Shown piece after piece: positions 18,797-28,590 of a stretch of DNA of 64,000 nucleotides. Source of the stretch: an uncultured Planctomycetia bacterium (lineage in GTDB: Bacteria > Omnitrophota > Gorgyraeia > Tantalellales > Tantalellaceae); assembly GCA_964527765.1 (NCBI GenBank), contig CAZGQR010000004.1, forward strand, positions 64,083 to 128,082, given 5' to 3'. The stretch's first letter is position 1; each line of letters starts with the position of its first letter. The translations under genes were made by a program, and so were the position numbers. The notes under the pieces were generated by a model, which was given only the letters and a program-made list of their open reading frames with translations, had not been told where the DNA came from and searched no databases.

Positions 18797-19193
18797 CCCC
18801 TTAAAAGAAGAAAAATCCCTGGGAGAATTCCTCTTAAAAGAAGAACAATACCCTTTAATGGGGGAAGAGCACCACTTAAAAGAGGATATTTTCAAGATAC
18901 TGCGTCTTTTAGCATCCCATGACGACCTGTCCCAAAGGGACCTGTCAGGACACCTTGATATGTCTCTGGGCAAGACCAATTATCTTCTAAAAGCCATGAT
19001 CAAGAGAGGCCTGATAATGGTCAGGAATTTCACTGTCCGCGACAATAAGATGAAAAAAGTGCAGTATCTCCTGACCAAAGAGGGTTTCGACGTCAAACTG
19101 AAACTGGCCTATTATTATCTCAGGCAAAAAGAGGAAGAGTACCTGGCGCTTAAGGGGGAAATAGAACAGATGTCAGATCAGGGGGAGCAGTGA
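18786..19193 (+). CDS. MarR-family winged-helix transcriptional regulator (EPS/glycan-locus associated type)
   Basis: Winged-HTH core DLSQRDLSGHLDMSLGKTNYLLKAMIKRGLI...VQYLLTKEG. N-terminus carries short repeats (PLKEEKS / LLKEEQYPL / HLKED). Real start could be the internal Met at about 18858. Confidence 0.65.
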   Translation: MNEHPLKEEKSLGEFLLKEEQYPLMGEEHHLKEDIFKILRLLASHDDLSQRDLSGHLDMSLGKTNYLLKAMIKRGLIMVRNFTVRDNKMKKVQYLLTKEGFDVKLKLAYYYLRQKEEEYLALKGEIEQMSDQGEQ

Positions 19194-20992
19194 AGATAGA
19201 CTTTCGCAAAGCGGGGATCATCTGGTATTTTTTCAAACCGTATAAAGCACAGCTGCTGATCTTGCTGTTTGTAATGCTTTCCTCCGGTTTTATGGAAATG
19301 TTAAACCTGGCAGCTCTGTATCCTGTGATGAATTATGGGCTTAAGCTGGAGAACAGTAATTTTCTTTTGATATTATTCAATGAAATTATCGTTCATTTCG
19401 CGACCGACAATTATTTCTTTGTCTCCTGTGTCGCGCTTATAGTTATTACTGTGATCGCCGTGATATTCAAGTTTGCCTACAGTTTTTTATCAAACAAGCT
19501 GGTAATGAGAATTGTGGGAGATACGCAGAAAGCGGTCTTCAGGAAATATATAACTTCGGATTACGATTTCTTTGTTAAGAGCCAGCAGGGCAAATTGATC
19601 CATACAGTAACCATAGCTCCCGAACAGGTCACAAATATGATTTTATTCACTATAAGGCTGACACACGATCTGATAAGCTCACTATTTTTATTTTCTCTAC
19701 TGCTGGTGCTTACCTGGCAGGGGACTTTTTTGCTCGTATCAATAGGTGTTGTCTACATGCTGTTTGTAAAGAGGATCATGAAAAGAGTCATATATCGGTG
19801 CGCGGCTATTGCGACCGAGGAGGACAGGAAAAAGAATGTTATCCTGAATGAATTTATAAACGGCATCAAAGCCATCAAAATATTTTTTACTTTTAACGAC
19901 TGGGAAACGAAGTATGTCAGTGCGGTTGATGAGAGTTTGCACAATAGATTCAAGATGCTGCTGGGCCGCGTCTTCCCGGAATCTTTCATGAAGTTTATAT
20001 TTTTTGCCATGCTCGCTGTTTTTGGGATTTTGTTAAGCCGCAGGTCACCTCAGGACCTGATTCTGGCTATACCTCTTTTTGGAACGTTTGTGATGGTCGC
20101 AAGCCGTTTTTTCCCCTCGATCCAGATGGTCGGTAATGATCTTATGGTAATAACCGATTGCATCCCGAATACAAAGATAGTTCATACCCTGTGCATGTCA
20201 AAGCTTGCGAACATTCCGGACGGAACAGATATTTTAAAAGAATTCAACGGAAAGATCGCTTTCGAAGACGTCTGGTTTAAGTATGATAACATGCCGGAAT
20301 ACTTGTTAAAGGGCGTAACGTTCGGCATAAAGAAGAGAGAGATAACCGCCATTGTCGGTCCGTCCGGTTCGGGAAAAACAACTATAATCAATTTGTTATT
20401 AAAATTATATCGTCCAGAAACAGGCGAAATTAAAATTGACGGGACCGACATTTTTAGCTACACAAACAGATCCTATTTGGACAAGATCGGGTATGTAGGC
20501 CAGGAAACATTTATTTTTAACGACACCGTCAAGGAAAACATACGGTTCGGCATGCAAAACTGCAGCGATGATATGATAATAAGGGCGGCCAAACTGGCGA
20601 ATGCCCACGAATTTATTGTCAATACCCGGGATGGCTATAATACGCTGGTGGGAGACGCGGGTGTTAAGCTCTCAGGAGGACAGAGGCAGCGCGTTGCTAT
20701 CGCCAGAGCGATGCTGAGAGAACCGGAAATACTGGTCTTCGATGAAGCCACCAGCTCTCTGGATAATATTGCCGAGAAGAACGTGCAGGAAGCGATCAAC
20801 CGGGTATCACAACATACAACGGTAGTAATGGTCGCTCACAGGCTATCCACCATTCAGAATGCAGATAAAATAGTTGTTCTGGACAACGGCTCTATCTGGG
20901 AGGAAGGTACCCATACCGAGCTGATGGGCAATAACGGCCTGTATTTTAACCTTTATACAAAGCAGGATATTTTTATGCGGGAGAAAATATAA
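19190..20992 (+). CDS. ABC exporter, fused permease-ATPase (MsbA/PglK-like type I exporter)
   Basis: Six TM segments followed by Walker A GPSGSGKTT, signature LSGGQRQRVAIARAM and Walker B ILVFDEATS. No C39 peptidase domain. GTG start overlapping the MarR stop (GTGA). Confidence 0.85.
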   Translation: MKIDFRKAGIIWYFFKPYKAQLLILLFVMLSSGFMEMLNLAALYPVMNYGLKLENSNFLLILFNEIIVHFATDNYFFVSCVALIVITVIAVIFKFAYSFLSNKLVMRIVGDTQKAVFRKYITSDYDFFVKSQQGKLIHTVTIAPEQVTNMILFTIRLTHDLISSLFLFSLLLVLTWQGTFLLVSIGVVYMLFVKRIMKRVIYRCAAIATEEDRKKNVILNEFINGIKAIKIFFTFNDWETKYVSAVDESLHNRFKMLLGRVFPESFMKFIFFAMLAVFGILLSRRSPQDLILAIPLFGTFVMVASRFFPSIQMVGNDLMVITDCIPNTKIVHTLCMSKLANIPDGTDILKEFNGKIAFEDVWFKYDNMPEYLLKGVTFGIKKREITAIVGPSGSGKTTIINLLLKLYRPETGEIKIDGTDIFSYTNRSYLDKIGYVGQETFIFNDTVKENIRFGMQNCSDDMIIRAAKLANAHEFIVNTRDGYNTLVGDAGVKLSGGQRQRVAIARAMLREPEILVFDEATSSLDNIAEKNVQEAINRVSQHTTVVMVAHRLSTIQNADKIVVLDNGSIWEEGTHTELMGNNGLYFNLYTKQDIFMREKI

Positions 20993-22917
20993 TGGGGCAA
21001 ACAGAAAAAAACAGAATGGTTCTGATAGAGTCAGGTGATTCTGTTTCCTGCAGAATGGCGGCAAAATACAGGGAGGCATACGTATATTCCGGCAATTTGC
21101 GCGGCGCAAAAGGTCTCTCCGATGATTTTTTGGATCTGATAGACTATTACACGTCTCATTATAGAGCCGGCGAAGCGATCGATTGGGTATATGAACAGTA
21201 TGTTGAAAGCGGCGAAGCTGAGGTCCTCAACAGGGCGATAGGGGATAAGCGTGCCCACTTGGCCATAAAGAAAGCGATTTTGCTGGCACTAGGGGATCTT
21301 TTTCTTTCTTTTATCATGGCGGAAAAGTTTGTGAAAAAATACGATGTGGAGGAAACAATAGATTTTTTGCCCAACAAATTTTCGTACACCTTATATCAGA
21401 TTGTTTTTAAAAGAAAAGATTTAATGCCGGACCGCGTCAACATACCGGAATGGTATATAAAGAAGATGAAACGTCTGGAGTTCGGCAGGAACAGTGTTTA
21501 TCGCGCGGGACTGGTCCTGTATCCTCTTACGGTTTCCATGCTCATGAATCTCGGCAGAGCCGGAAAAACAGGAAAAAAGAATTACCGCTACGGAGTCCAT
21601 ATATGGAACGGCTGGGTCAGATCCTCGAGTTCATCAGCCCGGATAGGTTTTCTTGAGGATAAGAACGGCATCAATCAGGCGAATACATTATATATTCTGG
21701 ACTATAAGATCAAAAGAAGGGAAAGGAAAGCGGATCTTAAAAAGGTAAAAAACAGCGGTTATGATTACTGCCGTTTCGAAGAGATCGTGCGCGGGTTCAG
21801 CGTATGGAGATATTTCGGGGAGATCTATCCGGCTGTCAGAAGGGTCGCGAAGGAAATGTTTTCATTATGCGGCGGGAAGGGTCTTTTGGCGCGGTCATAT
21901 CTGAGGACGCTCCGGAGACTCATATTGTGGGAAATATTCTTTTCAAATTATGCCGTGGACTTATTCGTCGCCCTGCAGGATCCCGGTAATATACCGAGGA
22001 CGTTGCTCCAGAAGAAAAACGGAGCCGACAGCATATTTGTATTTACTTCCACTTCTTATGATCCCGTTTATCGGGAGAACATGGATACGCACGCTGATTC
22101 GAACTACAGCTTCATGGTTTATGACGCGGCGGTTTCAAGCCGCATGTCCAACGATTATTTCAGGAGAAATAACAATTTGATCAATGAGTATGTAAATTGC
22201 GGAATATTGCTTTCCGACAATGTTTACAGGGTAAGACAGGACGCCGCGTTGAAAGCAAGAATCAAAAAAGAGCTAGGCATTTCGCCGAACAAGGCCGTTA
22301 TAGGTTTTTATGATACAAAGATAGGAAAGATGGGCATGCTGAATAACCAGGAAGGCTACAGGATGATAAACGATGTTTATCGTCTTTTGGAATCGAACAA
22401 GGATTATTATATTCTCTTCAAGTCCAGGGGTTATTACCGGTATTCGGGAAATAGCGACGTCAAGAAAGAGATCGACAGGCTGATCGCGCATGAACGGGTG
22501 ATCCATGTCAATGAGACAAAAGCACATTCCGATTATGACGCGCGCTGTTTCATGGGGATCTGCGATCTGGTCATAGGGACCTTTACTTCGAGCGCGCCGT
22601 TGGAATCGGTTGCCGGAGGGATCAGGACAATTTGTTATGTTCCGTCCGAGAGATTCAATAAGGACGTCTTTGCGGTGAATACGTTCCCGCGCTTTTGCGC
22701 CCGCGGATATGACCAGTTAAAAGAGTATACGGAATACTGGCTTAACGAATGCAGCGAGGATGATTTTCGGTGTTTTCTGGATACTTATGTAAAAAAACAT
22801 GTTGATGATTACTGCGACGGCCAGGCGATGAAGAGGCTACATTCGTTGCTGGATCGATATAGCGGGCCGGCGCATGAACGTCCGCCCCGGGAAAAACTGG
22901 CAACGATTTCGAAATAA
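20992..22917 (+). CDS. Hypothetical 641-aa protein with TagB/TagF-like (CDP-alcohol phosphotransferase, Glyphos_transf-like) C-terminal pattern
   Basis: C-terminal YYILFKSRGYY...ICDLVIGTFTSSAPLESVAGGIRTICYVP resembles the TagF LIKPHP...SDILITDYSSVMFDFA...KPIIFY blocks. No other motifs recognised. TAATG overlap with the ABC gene. Confidence 0.4.
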   Translation: MGQTEKNRMVLIESGDSVSCRMAAKYREAYVYSGNLRGAKGLSDDFLDLIDYYTSHYRAGEAIDWVYEQYVESGEAEVLNRAIGDKRAHLAIKKAILLALGDLFLSFIMAEKFVKKYDVEETIDFLPNKFSYTLYQIVFKRKDLMPDRVNIPEWYIKKMKRLEFGRNSVYRAGLVLYPLTVSMLMNLGRAGKTGKKNYRYGVHIWNGWVRSSSSSARIGFLEDKNGINQANTLYILDYKIKRRERKADLKKVKNSGYDYCRFEEIVRGFSVWRYFGEIYPAVRRVAKEMFSLCGGKGLLARSYLRTLRRLILWEIFFSNYAVDLFVALQDPGNIPRTLLQKKNGADSIFVFTSTSYDPVYRENMDTHADSNYSFMVYDAAVSSRMSNDYFRRNNNLINEYVNCGILLSDNVYRVRQDAALKARIKKELGISPNKAVIGFYDTKIGKMGMLNNQEGYRMINDVYRLLESNKDYYILFKSRGYYRYSGNSDVKKEIDRLIAHERVIHVNETKAHSDYDARCFMGICDLVIGTFTSSAPLESVAGGIRTICYVPSERFNKDVFAVNTFPRFCARGYDQLKEYTEYWLNECSEDDFRCFLDTYVKKHVDDYCDGQAMKRLHSLLDRYSGPAHERPPREKLATISK

Positions 22918-22927
22918 AGGCAAAAAT

Positions 22928-23983
22928 ATGACTGTCAACGAAAAGCATATGGACGATCTGGTAAAAACATTATTTGACAGAGGGGATCCTTACGAAGTTC
23001 TGGAAAAGGAACAGGGTCCGGCCGTGAGGGAATATCGCCGCAAATGGAAGATGGCGGGTGAACACCTTTCGGAGTTTCAGTATCCGCTGCATCTAAATTT
23101 TGAACTGGTCTACGGATGCAATCTGCGATGCGAATTCTGCATTTTTAATTTGCCGGCGGAAGAATGGGATTATAAAGCAAGGCCGGGCGATAAGATCTCT
23201 TTCGAGAAGTATCAGGAAGTGGTGGATGAGGGGGTAAGGCACGGCCTTTGTTCTATTGCCCTGAACGGGTACAATGAGCCGTTGCTTCAGGCCGATATCG
23301 TAAAATACATTGATTATGCGAGAAAAGCAGGGGTTTTGGATGTGTCGTTGCATACGAACGGTCTTCTTTTAACGGAAAAAATGTCCAGGGCGCTTATTGA
23401 TTCAGGTTTAACGATGATAATGTTTTCCATAGATGCTGCTACCGGGAAGACGTATGAAAAGATAAGGCAAAGCCGTGATTTCAACAAAGCAATAAAGAAT
23501 GTCACGGATTTCGTGGCACTGAAAAAAACCGCTGGTAAGGCATTGCCCCTGACCAGAGTCTCGTTCGTGGAAACCAAGGTAAACCATATGGAATTGGAGG
23601 ATTTCGTTTCCTACTGGCGGAATAAGATCGATTTTTTCACGGTTCAGACTTTTTTCAATCCTTTTGTCGGCAAGGATAATTACGAAAAAATAGAGAGCGA
23701 ATACCGCCTTAAAGATACGTCTTTTTCGGTTTGCGCGGAACCGTATCAGCGTCTGATGATAACCTGTGACGGTAACGTTCTGCCTTGTTGTTCGAATTAC
23801 GGCCTGGGTCTGGTAGTCGGCAATATTTATCAGGATTCCGTTTACAACATTTGGAACAGCAAAAAGATGAAAGAATTGCGCTCGAAAATCAACGGTTCAA
23901 AGGAAGTTCAGCCGGAAGCCTGCAGAAAGTGCAGAGCTTCCGTCATGTCCCCTAAAAGCGGGATGAAAGAGGAAACGTCATGA
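22928..23983 (+). CDS. Radical SAM enzyme with C-terminal SPASM/twitch domain
   Basis: CNLRCEFC (CX3CX2C) near N-terminus. C-terminal Cys-rich TCDGNVLPCCSNYG...EACRKCRAS. AAAGG RBS before ATG 22928. The longer ORF from 22874 would overlap the upstream gene, so the shorter start is preferred. Confidence 0.75.
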   Translation: MTVNEKHMDDLVKTLFDRGDPYEVLEKEQGPAVREYRRKWKMAGEHLSEFQYPLHLNFELVYGCNLRCEFCIFNLPAEEWDYKARPGDKISFEKYQEVVDEGVRHGLCSIALNGYNEPLLQADIVKYIDYARKAGVLDVSLHTNGLLLTEKMSRALIDSGLTMIMFSIDAATGKTYEKIRQSRDFNKAIKNVTDFVALKKTAGKALPLTRVSFVETKVNHMELEDFVSYWRNKIDFFTVQTFFNPFVGKDNYEKIESEYRLKDTSFSVCAEPYQRLMITCDGNVLPCCSNYGLGLVVGNIYQDSVYNIWNSKKMKELRSKINGSKEVQPEACRKCRASVMSPKSGMKEETS

Positions 23984-25812
23984 ATATTCTGGGATTAAAT
24001 CTGGAAGAGTTTTGCAGCGCGGCGGTCATGAAGAACGGAGAAATAACCGCGGCATGCGCCGAGGAAAGATTTACGCGTGAAAAAGGATATTCTGGCTTTC
24101 CCAAAAGGTCGATAGAGTATTGCCTGGAAGAATCGGGTCTCGGGATAAATGATATTGACTTGGTCGCTGTCGCCGATCTCGGAACCAGCGTGATGGGGTT
24201 TGTATTTTCCTACGTGCAGAGAAGGTCCAGATTTTCCGTAGACGATTATGTGAGAGAGGCCAAAGATTACTGGTACCCGATGCTCTACCAGAACAAGGAT
24301 GTGGATTATCTGGAGATCTTTAAGGATAAACTGTGTCTTGAGACCTTTCCGGAGGAGTTTAATGATCATTTTTTCAAAGAGATAGACAGGTATAAAAGGG
24401 CGGATTTCCGCGAGATACAGAAGCTGAAAAAACGCCTCATAAAGACATATTATCCGCAGATAGACGAGGATCGGATTAAATTTTTTCCGCACCATGAGAT
24501 ACACGCGCTTTACGGTTATTACGGTTCAAAGTTCGCCGGGGAGAAAGAGTCCGTTTTGATCATTACGGCGGACAGCTGGGGCGATTTTGAGAACGGAACG
24601 ATCTCTCAGTTTAAAGACGGCAGATTTGAAGTCCTTCATATTGTTGATAACCAGAATCTGGGCAGGCTTTTCAGGAATATGACTTTATACCTGGGAATGA
24701 AACCTTATGATCATGAATACAAAGTCATGGGGCTTGCTGCATATGCTCCGGAATATCTCAGCAGGCCCGCTTATAACGTGTTTTCCGGCATCATGGACGT
24801 GGATAATATTGATTTCTTTTATAGAGAGAACCCGAAGGACCATTATTTCTGGTTTAAGGATAAGCTGGAAGGTATACGTTTTGACGGCGTGGCAGGGGGC
24901 TTGCAGAGTTATTTTGAAGATTGCGTGCAGAAATGGATCACGGCCGCTGTAAAAAAATATGGCATTAGAAGGGTCTGTTTTTCCGGCGGACTGGCGATGA
25001 ACATCAAGGCGAACATGAAACTCGGACAAATGGAGGGGGTAGAGGATTTTTTTGTCGCCGCTTCCCCGGATGATAATTCCAACTGTATCGGTGTCTGTTT
25101 TCTGGCCATGTACCGGGAATCGGAGCAGAGCAAAGGAGATATGTTCGGGATCAAACCGCTTGGATCCATGTATCTGGGGCCGGATATTACCGATACCGAG
25201 ATCCGGGAAGCCATTATTGAAAATAAGCTGGATGAATTTTGTGCCGTTACTGAGAATGTTAAAACAGATTACATCGCTGGTAGGCTGACGGAAGGTATTG
25301 TCATAGGGCGCGCCTCCGGAAGGATGGAATTCGGTGCCAGAGCCCTTGGAAACAGATCTATTCTTGCGGATCCGAGAAATCTGGGCATTGTCAACCGCAT
25401 AAACAGGATCATCAAAAAAAGGGATTTCTGGATGCCGTTCGCTCCCGTCGTAATCGATACTTACTGGGATAAATATCTGGTCAACAGGAATGATCTGTTT
25501 TCTCCCTTCATGACAGTTGGGTTCGAGACTACCGAAGCGGGGCGAAGGGATATGCCCGCAGCGATCCATCCTGCCGACAAGACTACCAGGCCTCAGATGT
25601 TGGCGAAAGAAGCTAATCCGGACTATTACGGCATAATCCGGGAATTTGAGAAGAGAACAAAAGTCGGAGCCCTGATAAATACTTCATTCAATTTACACGG
25701 TTATCCCATAGTCAGAAGCGCCCAGGATGCCGTGGATGTTTTCCTGAATTCGGACCTGGACGCCTTATTGCTCAATGATACATATATAGAAAAGCGAAGA
25801 AAAAAGTCATAA
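23980..25812 (+). CDS. NodU/CmcH-family carbamoyltransferase
   Basis: N-terminal ILGLNLEEFCSAAVMKNGEITAACAEERFTREKGYSGFP is a Carbam_trans_N signature. About 600 aa, as for NodU/NovN-type O-carbamoyltransferases. ATGA overlap with the radical SAM gene. Confidence 0.8.
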   Translation: MNILGLNLEEFCSAAVMKNGEITAACAEERFTREKGYSGFPKRSIEYCLEESGLGINDIDLVAVADLGTSVMGFVFSYVQRRSRFSVDDYVREAKDYWYPMLYQNKDVDYLEIFKDKLCLETFPEEFNDHFFKEIDRYKRADFREIQKLKKRLIKTYYPQIDEDRIKFFPHHEIHALYGYYGSKFAGEKESVLIITADSWGDFENGTISQFKDGRFEVLHIVDNQNLGRLFRNMTLYLGMKPYDHEYKVMGLAAYAPEYLSRPAYNVFSGIMDVDNIDFFYRENPKDHYFWFKDKLEGIRFDGVAGGLQSYFEDCVQKWITAAVKKYGIRRVCFSGGLAMNIKANMKLGQMEGVEDFFVAASPDDNSNCIGVCFLAMYRESEQSKGDMFGIKPLGSMYLGPDITDTEIREAIIENKLDEFCAVTENVKTDYIAGRLTEGIVIGRASGRMEFGARALGNRSILADPRNLGIVNRINRIIKKRDFWMPFAPVVIDTYWDKYLVNRNDLFSPFMTVGFETTEAGRRDMPAAIHPADKTTRPQMLAKEANPDYYGIIREFEKRTKVGALINTSFNLHGYPIVRSAQDAVDVFLNSDLDALLLNDTYIEKRRKKS

Positions 25813-25860
25813 TGGCGGAATGCCGAGAAAGACAACAAAATAACCCAGAGAGAGAAAAAA

Positions 25861-26841
25861 ATGAAAAAAGTATTGATCACGGGTGCCGGCGGATTTATTG
25901 GTTCACATCTGGCCGAATTATGCGTGCGAAAAGATTACAAGGTAAATGCCCTGGTCCGTTATAATTCCAACAATAGCCGAGGGTGGTTGGAGGGCGTTAA
26001 ATGCAAAAATAAGATCAACATTATAAGCGGTGATATCAGGGATTACGATTCGGTCTATAGTGCCTTAAGCGGCTGCGATACCGTTTTTCATCTGGCTGCG
26101 CTGATAGGCATTCCATATTCGTATATTACCCCCCTGGCGTATCTCAAGACCAATATCGAAGGAACTTATAATGTTCTGGAAGCTTCAAAAGGACTGGGCT
26201 TGAAAAATGTTATTATTACCTCTACGAGCGAGACTTACGGGACGGCGCAGTATGTCCCCATAGACGAAAGGCATCCCATGGTTGGGCAGTCTCCTTATTC
26301 GGCGACGAAGATATCAGCCGATCAACTTGCTTTGAGTTATTACTGTTCATTTGATCTGCCGGTCAAGGTTGTCCGCCCTTTCAACACGTACGGTCCGCGG
26401 CAATCTACCCGCGCGATCATACCCACGATCATCACGCAGTTGCTTTCCGGAAAGAAAAAGATAAAACTCGGGGCTTTGCATCCGACGAGAGATCTGGTTT
26501 TTGTTAAAGATACCGTGGAAGGATTCCTGAAAATAGCAAGATCCGGCAAGACGACAGGCAAAATTATAAACATAGCGACTCAGACAGAGATTTCCATAGG
26601 GGACCTTGCGAAGAAAATAATCGATATGATCGATCCCGAAGCGGAAATAATAGCGGACAGGACCAGGCTAAGACCCGGCAAGAGCGAAGTGGAAAGACTG
26701 CTTGGGAGCAATGAAGAAATAAAAAAACTGACCGGGTGGAAGCCGAGGTACAGTCTGGATAAAGGTCTGAAAGAGACGGTTGAATGGTTTAAGAATGGGA
26801 AAAATTTAAGATTATATCCGACGGATATCTACAATGTATAA
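25861..26841 (+). CDS. Extended-SDR NDP-sugar 4,6-dehydratase/epimerase (LegB-like candidate)
   Basis: Rossmann ITGAGGFIGSHL. TSTSETYG and SPYSATKISADQL (YxxxK) resemble the RmlB/GMD-like dehydratase catalytic blocks. Confidence 0.7.
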   Translation: MKKVLITGAGGFIGSHLAELCVRKDYKVNALVRYNSNNSRGWLEGVKCKNKINIISGDIRDYDSVYSALSGCDTVFHLAALIGIPYSYITPLAYLKTNIEGTYNVLEASKGLGLKNVIITSTSETYGTAQYVPIDERHPMVGQSPYSATKISADQLALSYYCSFDLPVKVVRPFNTYGPRQSTRAIIPTIITQLLSGKKKIKLGALHPTRDLVFVKDTVEGFLKIARSGKTTGKIINIATQTEISIGDLAKKIIDMIDPEAEIIADRTRLRPGKSEVERLLGSNEEIKKLTGWKPRYSLDKGLKETVEWFKNGKNLRLYPTDIYNV

Positions 26842-27934
26842 AAAGATATATTTAGACGCGCCGAATGTCGGGACGCTGGAAAAAGAATTGTTGAGTAAAA
26901 CCATAGACAGCGGGTATGTATCGACCGTAGGTCCTTATGTGCCGGAGCTGGAACGGAGGATCGCGAAATATCTGGATGTTAAAAAAGCCGTTTCGACCCA
27001 GAGCGGAACAGCGGCTATTCATATGGCTTTGCATGAGCTGGGAGTGGGCGGCGGCGACGAAGTGATCGTTCCCGCTTTGACGTTCGTCGCAACGGTGAAC
27101 CCCGTTGTGTATGTAGGGGCCACGCCGGTTTTTGCGGACGTGAATATTGACACCTGGAATATCGATCCTGGAAATATCGAGAAAGTTATCACGAAAAAAA
27201 CAAAAGCGATAATACCGGTTCATCTATACGGCAATCCCTGCAATATGGACGCGATAATGAGAATAGCCGGCAAATACGGCTTGTACGTGATAGAGGACGC
27301 GACTGAAAGCCTGGGGGCGAAATATAAGGATAAACATACAGGGACTTTCGGCGATTTCGGGTGTTTCAGTTTCAATGGGAACAAGATCATTACCACCGGC
27401 GGCGGGGGAATGATTACCGGCAATAATGGGAGGAAGATAAGCCATGTCAAGATGCTGGTTAATCAGGCAAGAGATGAGGGAAAGGAATATTATCATCCGG
27501 AGGTGGGATTTAATTACAGGATGACCAATATCGAGGCATCATTGGGTCTGGGGCAGATGGAAAAATTGGATGATTTTTTAGCGAAAAAGAAGAAATTCAA
27601 TACAATCTACAGGGAAGAGTTGAAAGACATGGAGTTTGTCCGTTTTCAGCAGGAATGCGGGGACGGTGAAAGCTCCTGGTGGCTGTCGTGCGTTGTTTTC
27701 GGGAAAGGCATAGATATAGCCGGTTTACAGGAGAAGTTAAAAGAAAAAGGGATTCCCACAAGAAGGGTTTTTCCGCCGGTCGTGGAATTCCCGCCTTATA
27801 GGTCGCACAAACATGCTGGGTACGAAAATTCTTACCACATTTATGAAGGAGCGCTCTGTTTGCCCAGCTCCACGCTTAATTCCGCGGATGATATACATTA
27901 TGTCTGCGAAAAGATGAAAGGCTCATTTAGATGA
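26834..27934 (+). CDS. DegT/DnrJ/EryC1-family PLP-dependent sugar aminotransferase
   Basis: TQSGTAAIHMAL, ALTFVATVNPVVYVGATPVFADV, and the lysine region FSFNGNKIITTGGGGM. Confidence 0.8.
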   Translation: MYKKIYLDAPNVGTLEKELLSKTIDSGYVSTVGPYVPELERRIAKYLDVKKAVSTQSGTAAIHMALHELGVGGGDEVIVPALTFVATVNPVVYVGATPVFADVNIDTWNIDPGNIEKVITKKTKAIIPVHLYGNPCNMDAIMRIAGKYGLYVIEDATESLGAKYKDKHTGTFGDFGCFSFNGNKIITTGGGGMITGNNGRKISHVKMLVNQARDEGKEYYHPEVGFNYRMTNIEASLGLGQMEKLDDFLAKKKKFNTIYREELKDMEFVRFQQECGDGESSWWLSCVVFGKGIDIAGLQEKLKEKGIPTRRVFPPVVEFPPYRSHKHAGYENSYHIYEGALCLPSSTLNSADDIHYVCEKMKGSFR

Positions 27935-28590
27935 GGATAGTTCTCTTTATCAAAAAGGATAAGCCTGCGACAGGAGAAGTTATCGAGTATTTGAGCAAGC
28001 GCTCGGATGATTTCATATTTTACGCGGGGGCCAGGGAAGACGGATTTCCGGAAGAAGCCGTTATATCTTTTCAGGATATATTGATCTCATATTTGTCTCC
28101 CTGGGTGATCCCGGAGGGGACGCTGAAGAATACAAGGCTTTGGAACATAAATTTCCATCCCGGCCCCCCGGAATATCCCGGGATAGGCTGTTTTAATTTC
28201 GCGATATACAACGGCGAGAAGTCTTACGGTGTTACCGCTCACCTGATGGATAAAAGTGTCGACAGCGGAAAAATAATAGCCGTTAAGAGATTTCCATTGC
28301 TTCCGTCCGATTCTGTGCACAGCCTGAGCGTGAAAAGCTATGAATGCATGCTTTCCCTGTTCCGCGAAGTGATGGACCTGGTCCTGGCGAAAGGCGAGAT
28401 CCCGGATTGCGGCGAAAAATGGCAGAGGAAAGCCTACAGGCGGGAAGATCTGGAAGATTTGTGCAGGATAGACCCGGGCATGGGAAAAGAAGAGATAGAA
28501 AAACGGATCAAAGCGACTACTTATCCCGATATGCCGGGCGCCTATATGGATATAGTCGGTTATAGATTTGCATATGCCCCTGACAGGTGA
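27931..28590 (+). CDS. Fmt-family formyltransferase (sugar N-formyltransferase-like, N-terminal domain only)
   Basis: WNINFHPGPPEYPGIGCFNFAIYNGEKSYGVTAHLMDKSVDSGKII matches the Formyl_trans_N N-H-D active-site region. 219 aa. ATGA overlap with the upstream gene. Confidence 0.7.
   Translation: MRIVLFIKKDKPATGEVIEYLSKRSDDFIFYAGAREDGFPEEAVISFQDILISYLSPWVIPEGTLKNTRLWNINFHPGPPEYPGIGCFNFAIYNGEKSYGVTAHLMDKSVDSGKIIAVKRFPLLPSDSVHSLSVKSYECMLSLFREVMDLVLAKGEIPDCGEKWQRKAYRREDLEDLCRIDPGMGKEEIEKRIKATTYPDMPGAYMDIVGYRFAYAPDR

Noticed and set aside
22874-22927. Upstream extension of the radical SAM ORF (start 22874) and similar ORF-track extensions at 35798, 45319, 50120, 57174 and 61291
   Set aside because: The extensions overlap the preceding gene, lack an RBS, or (for asnB) would bury the obligatory N-terminal Cys. 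Shorter in-frame starts with RBS-like sequences or ATGA overlaps were preferred.
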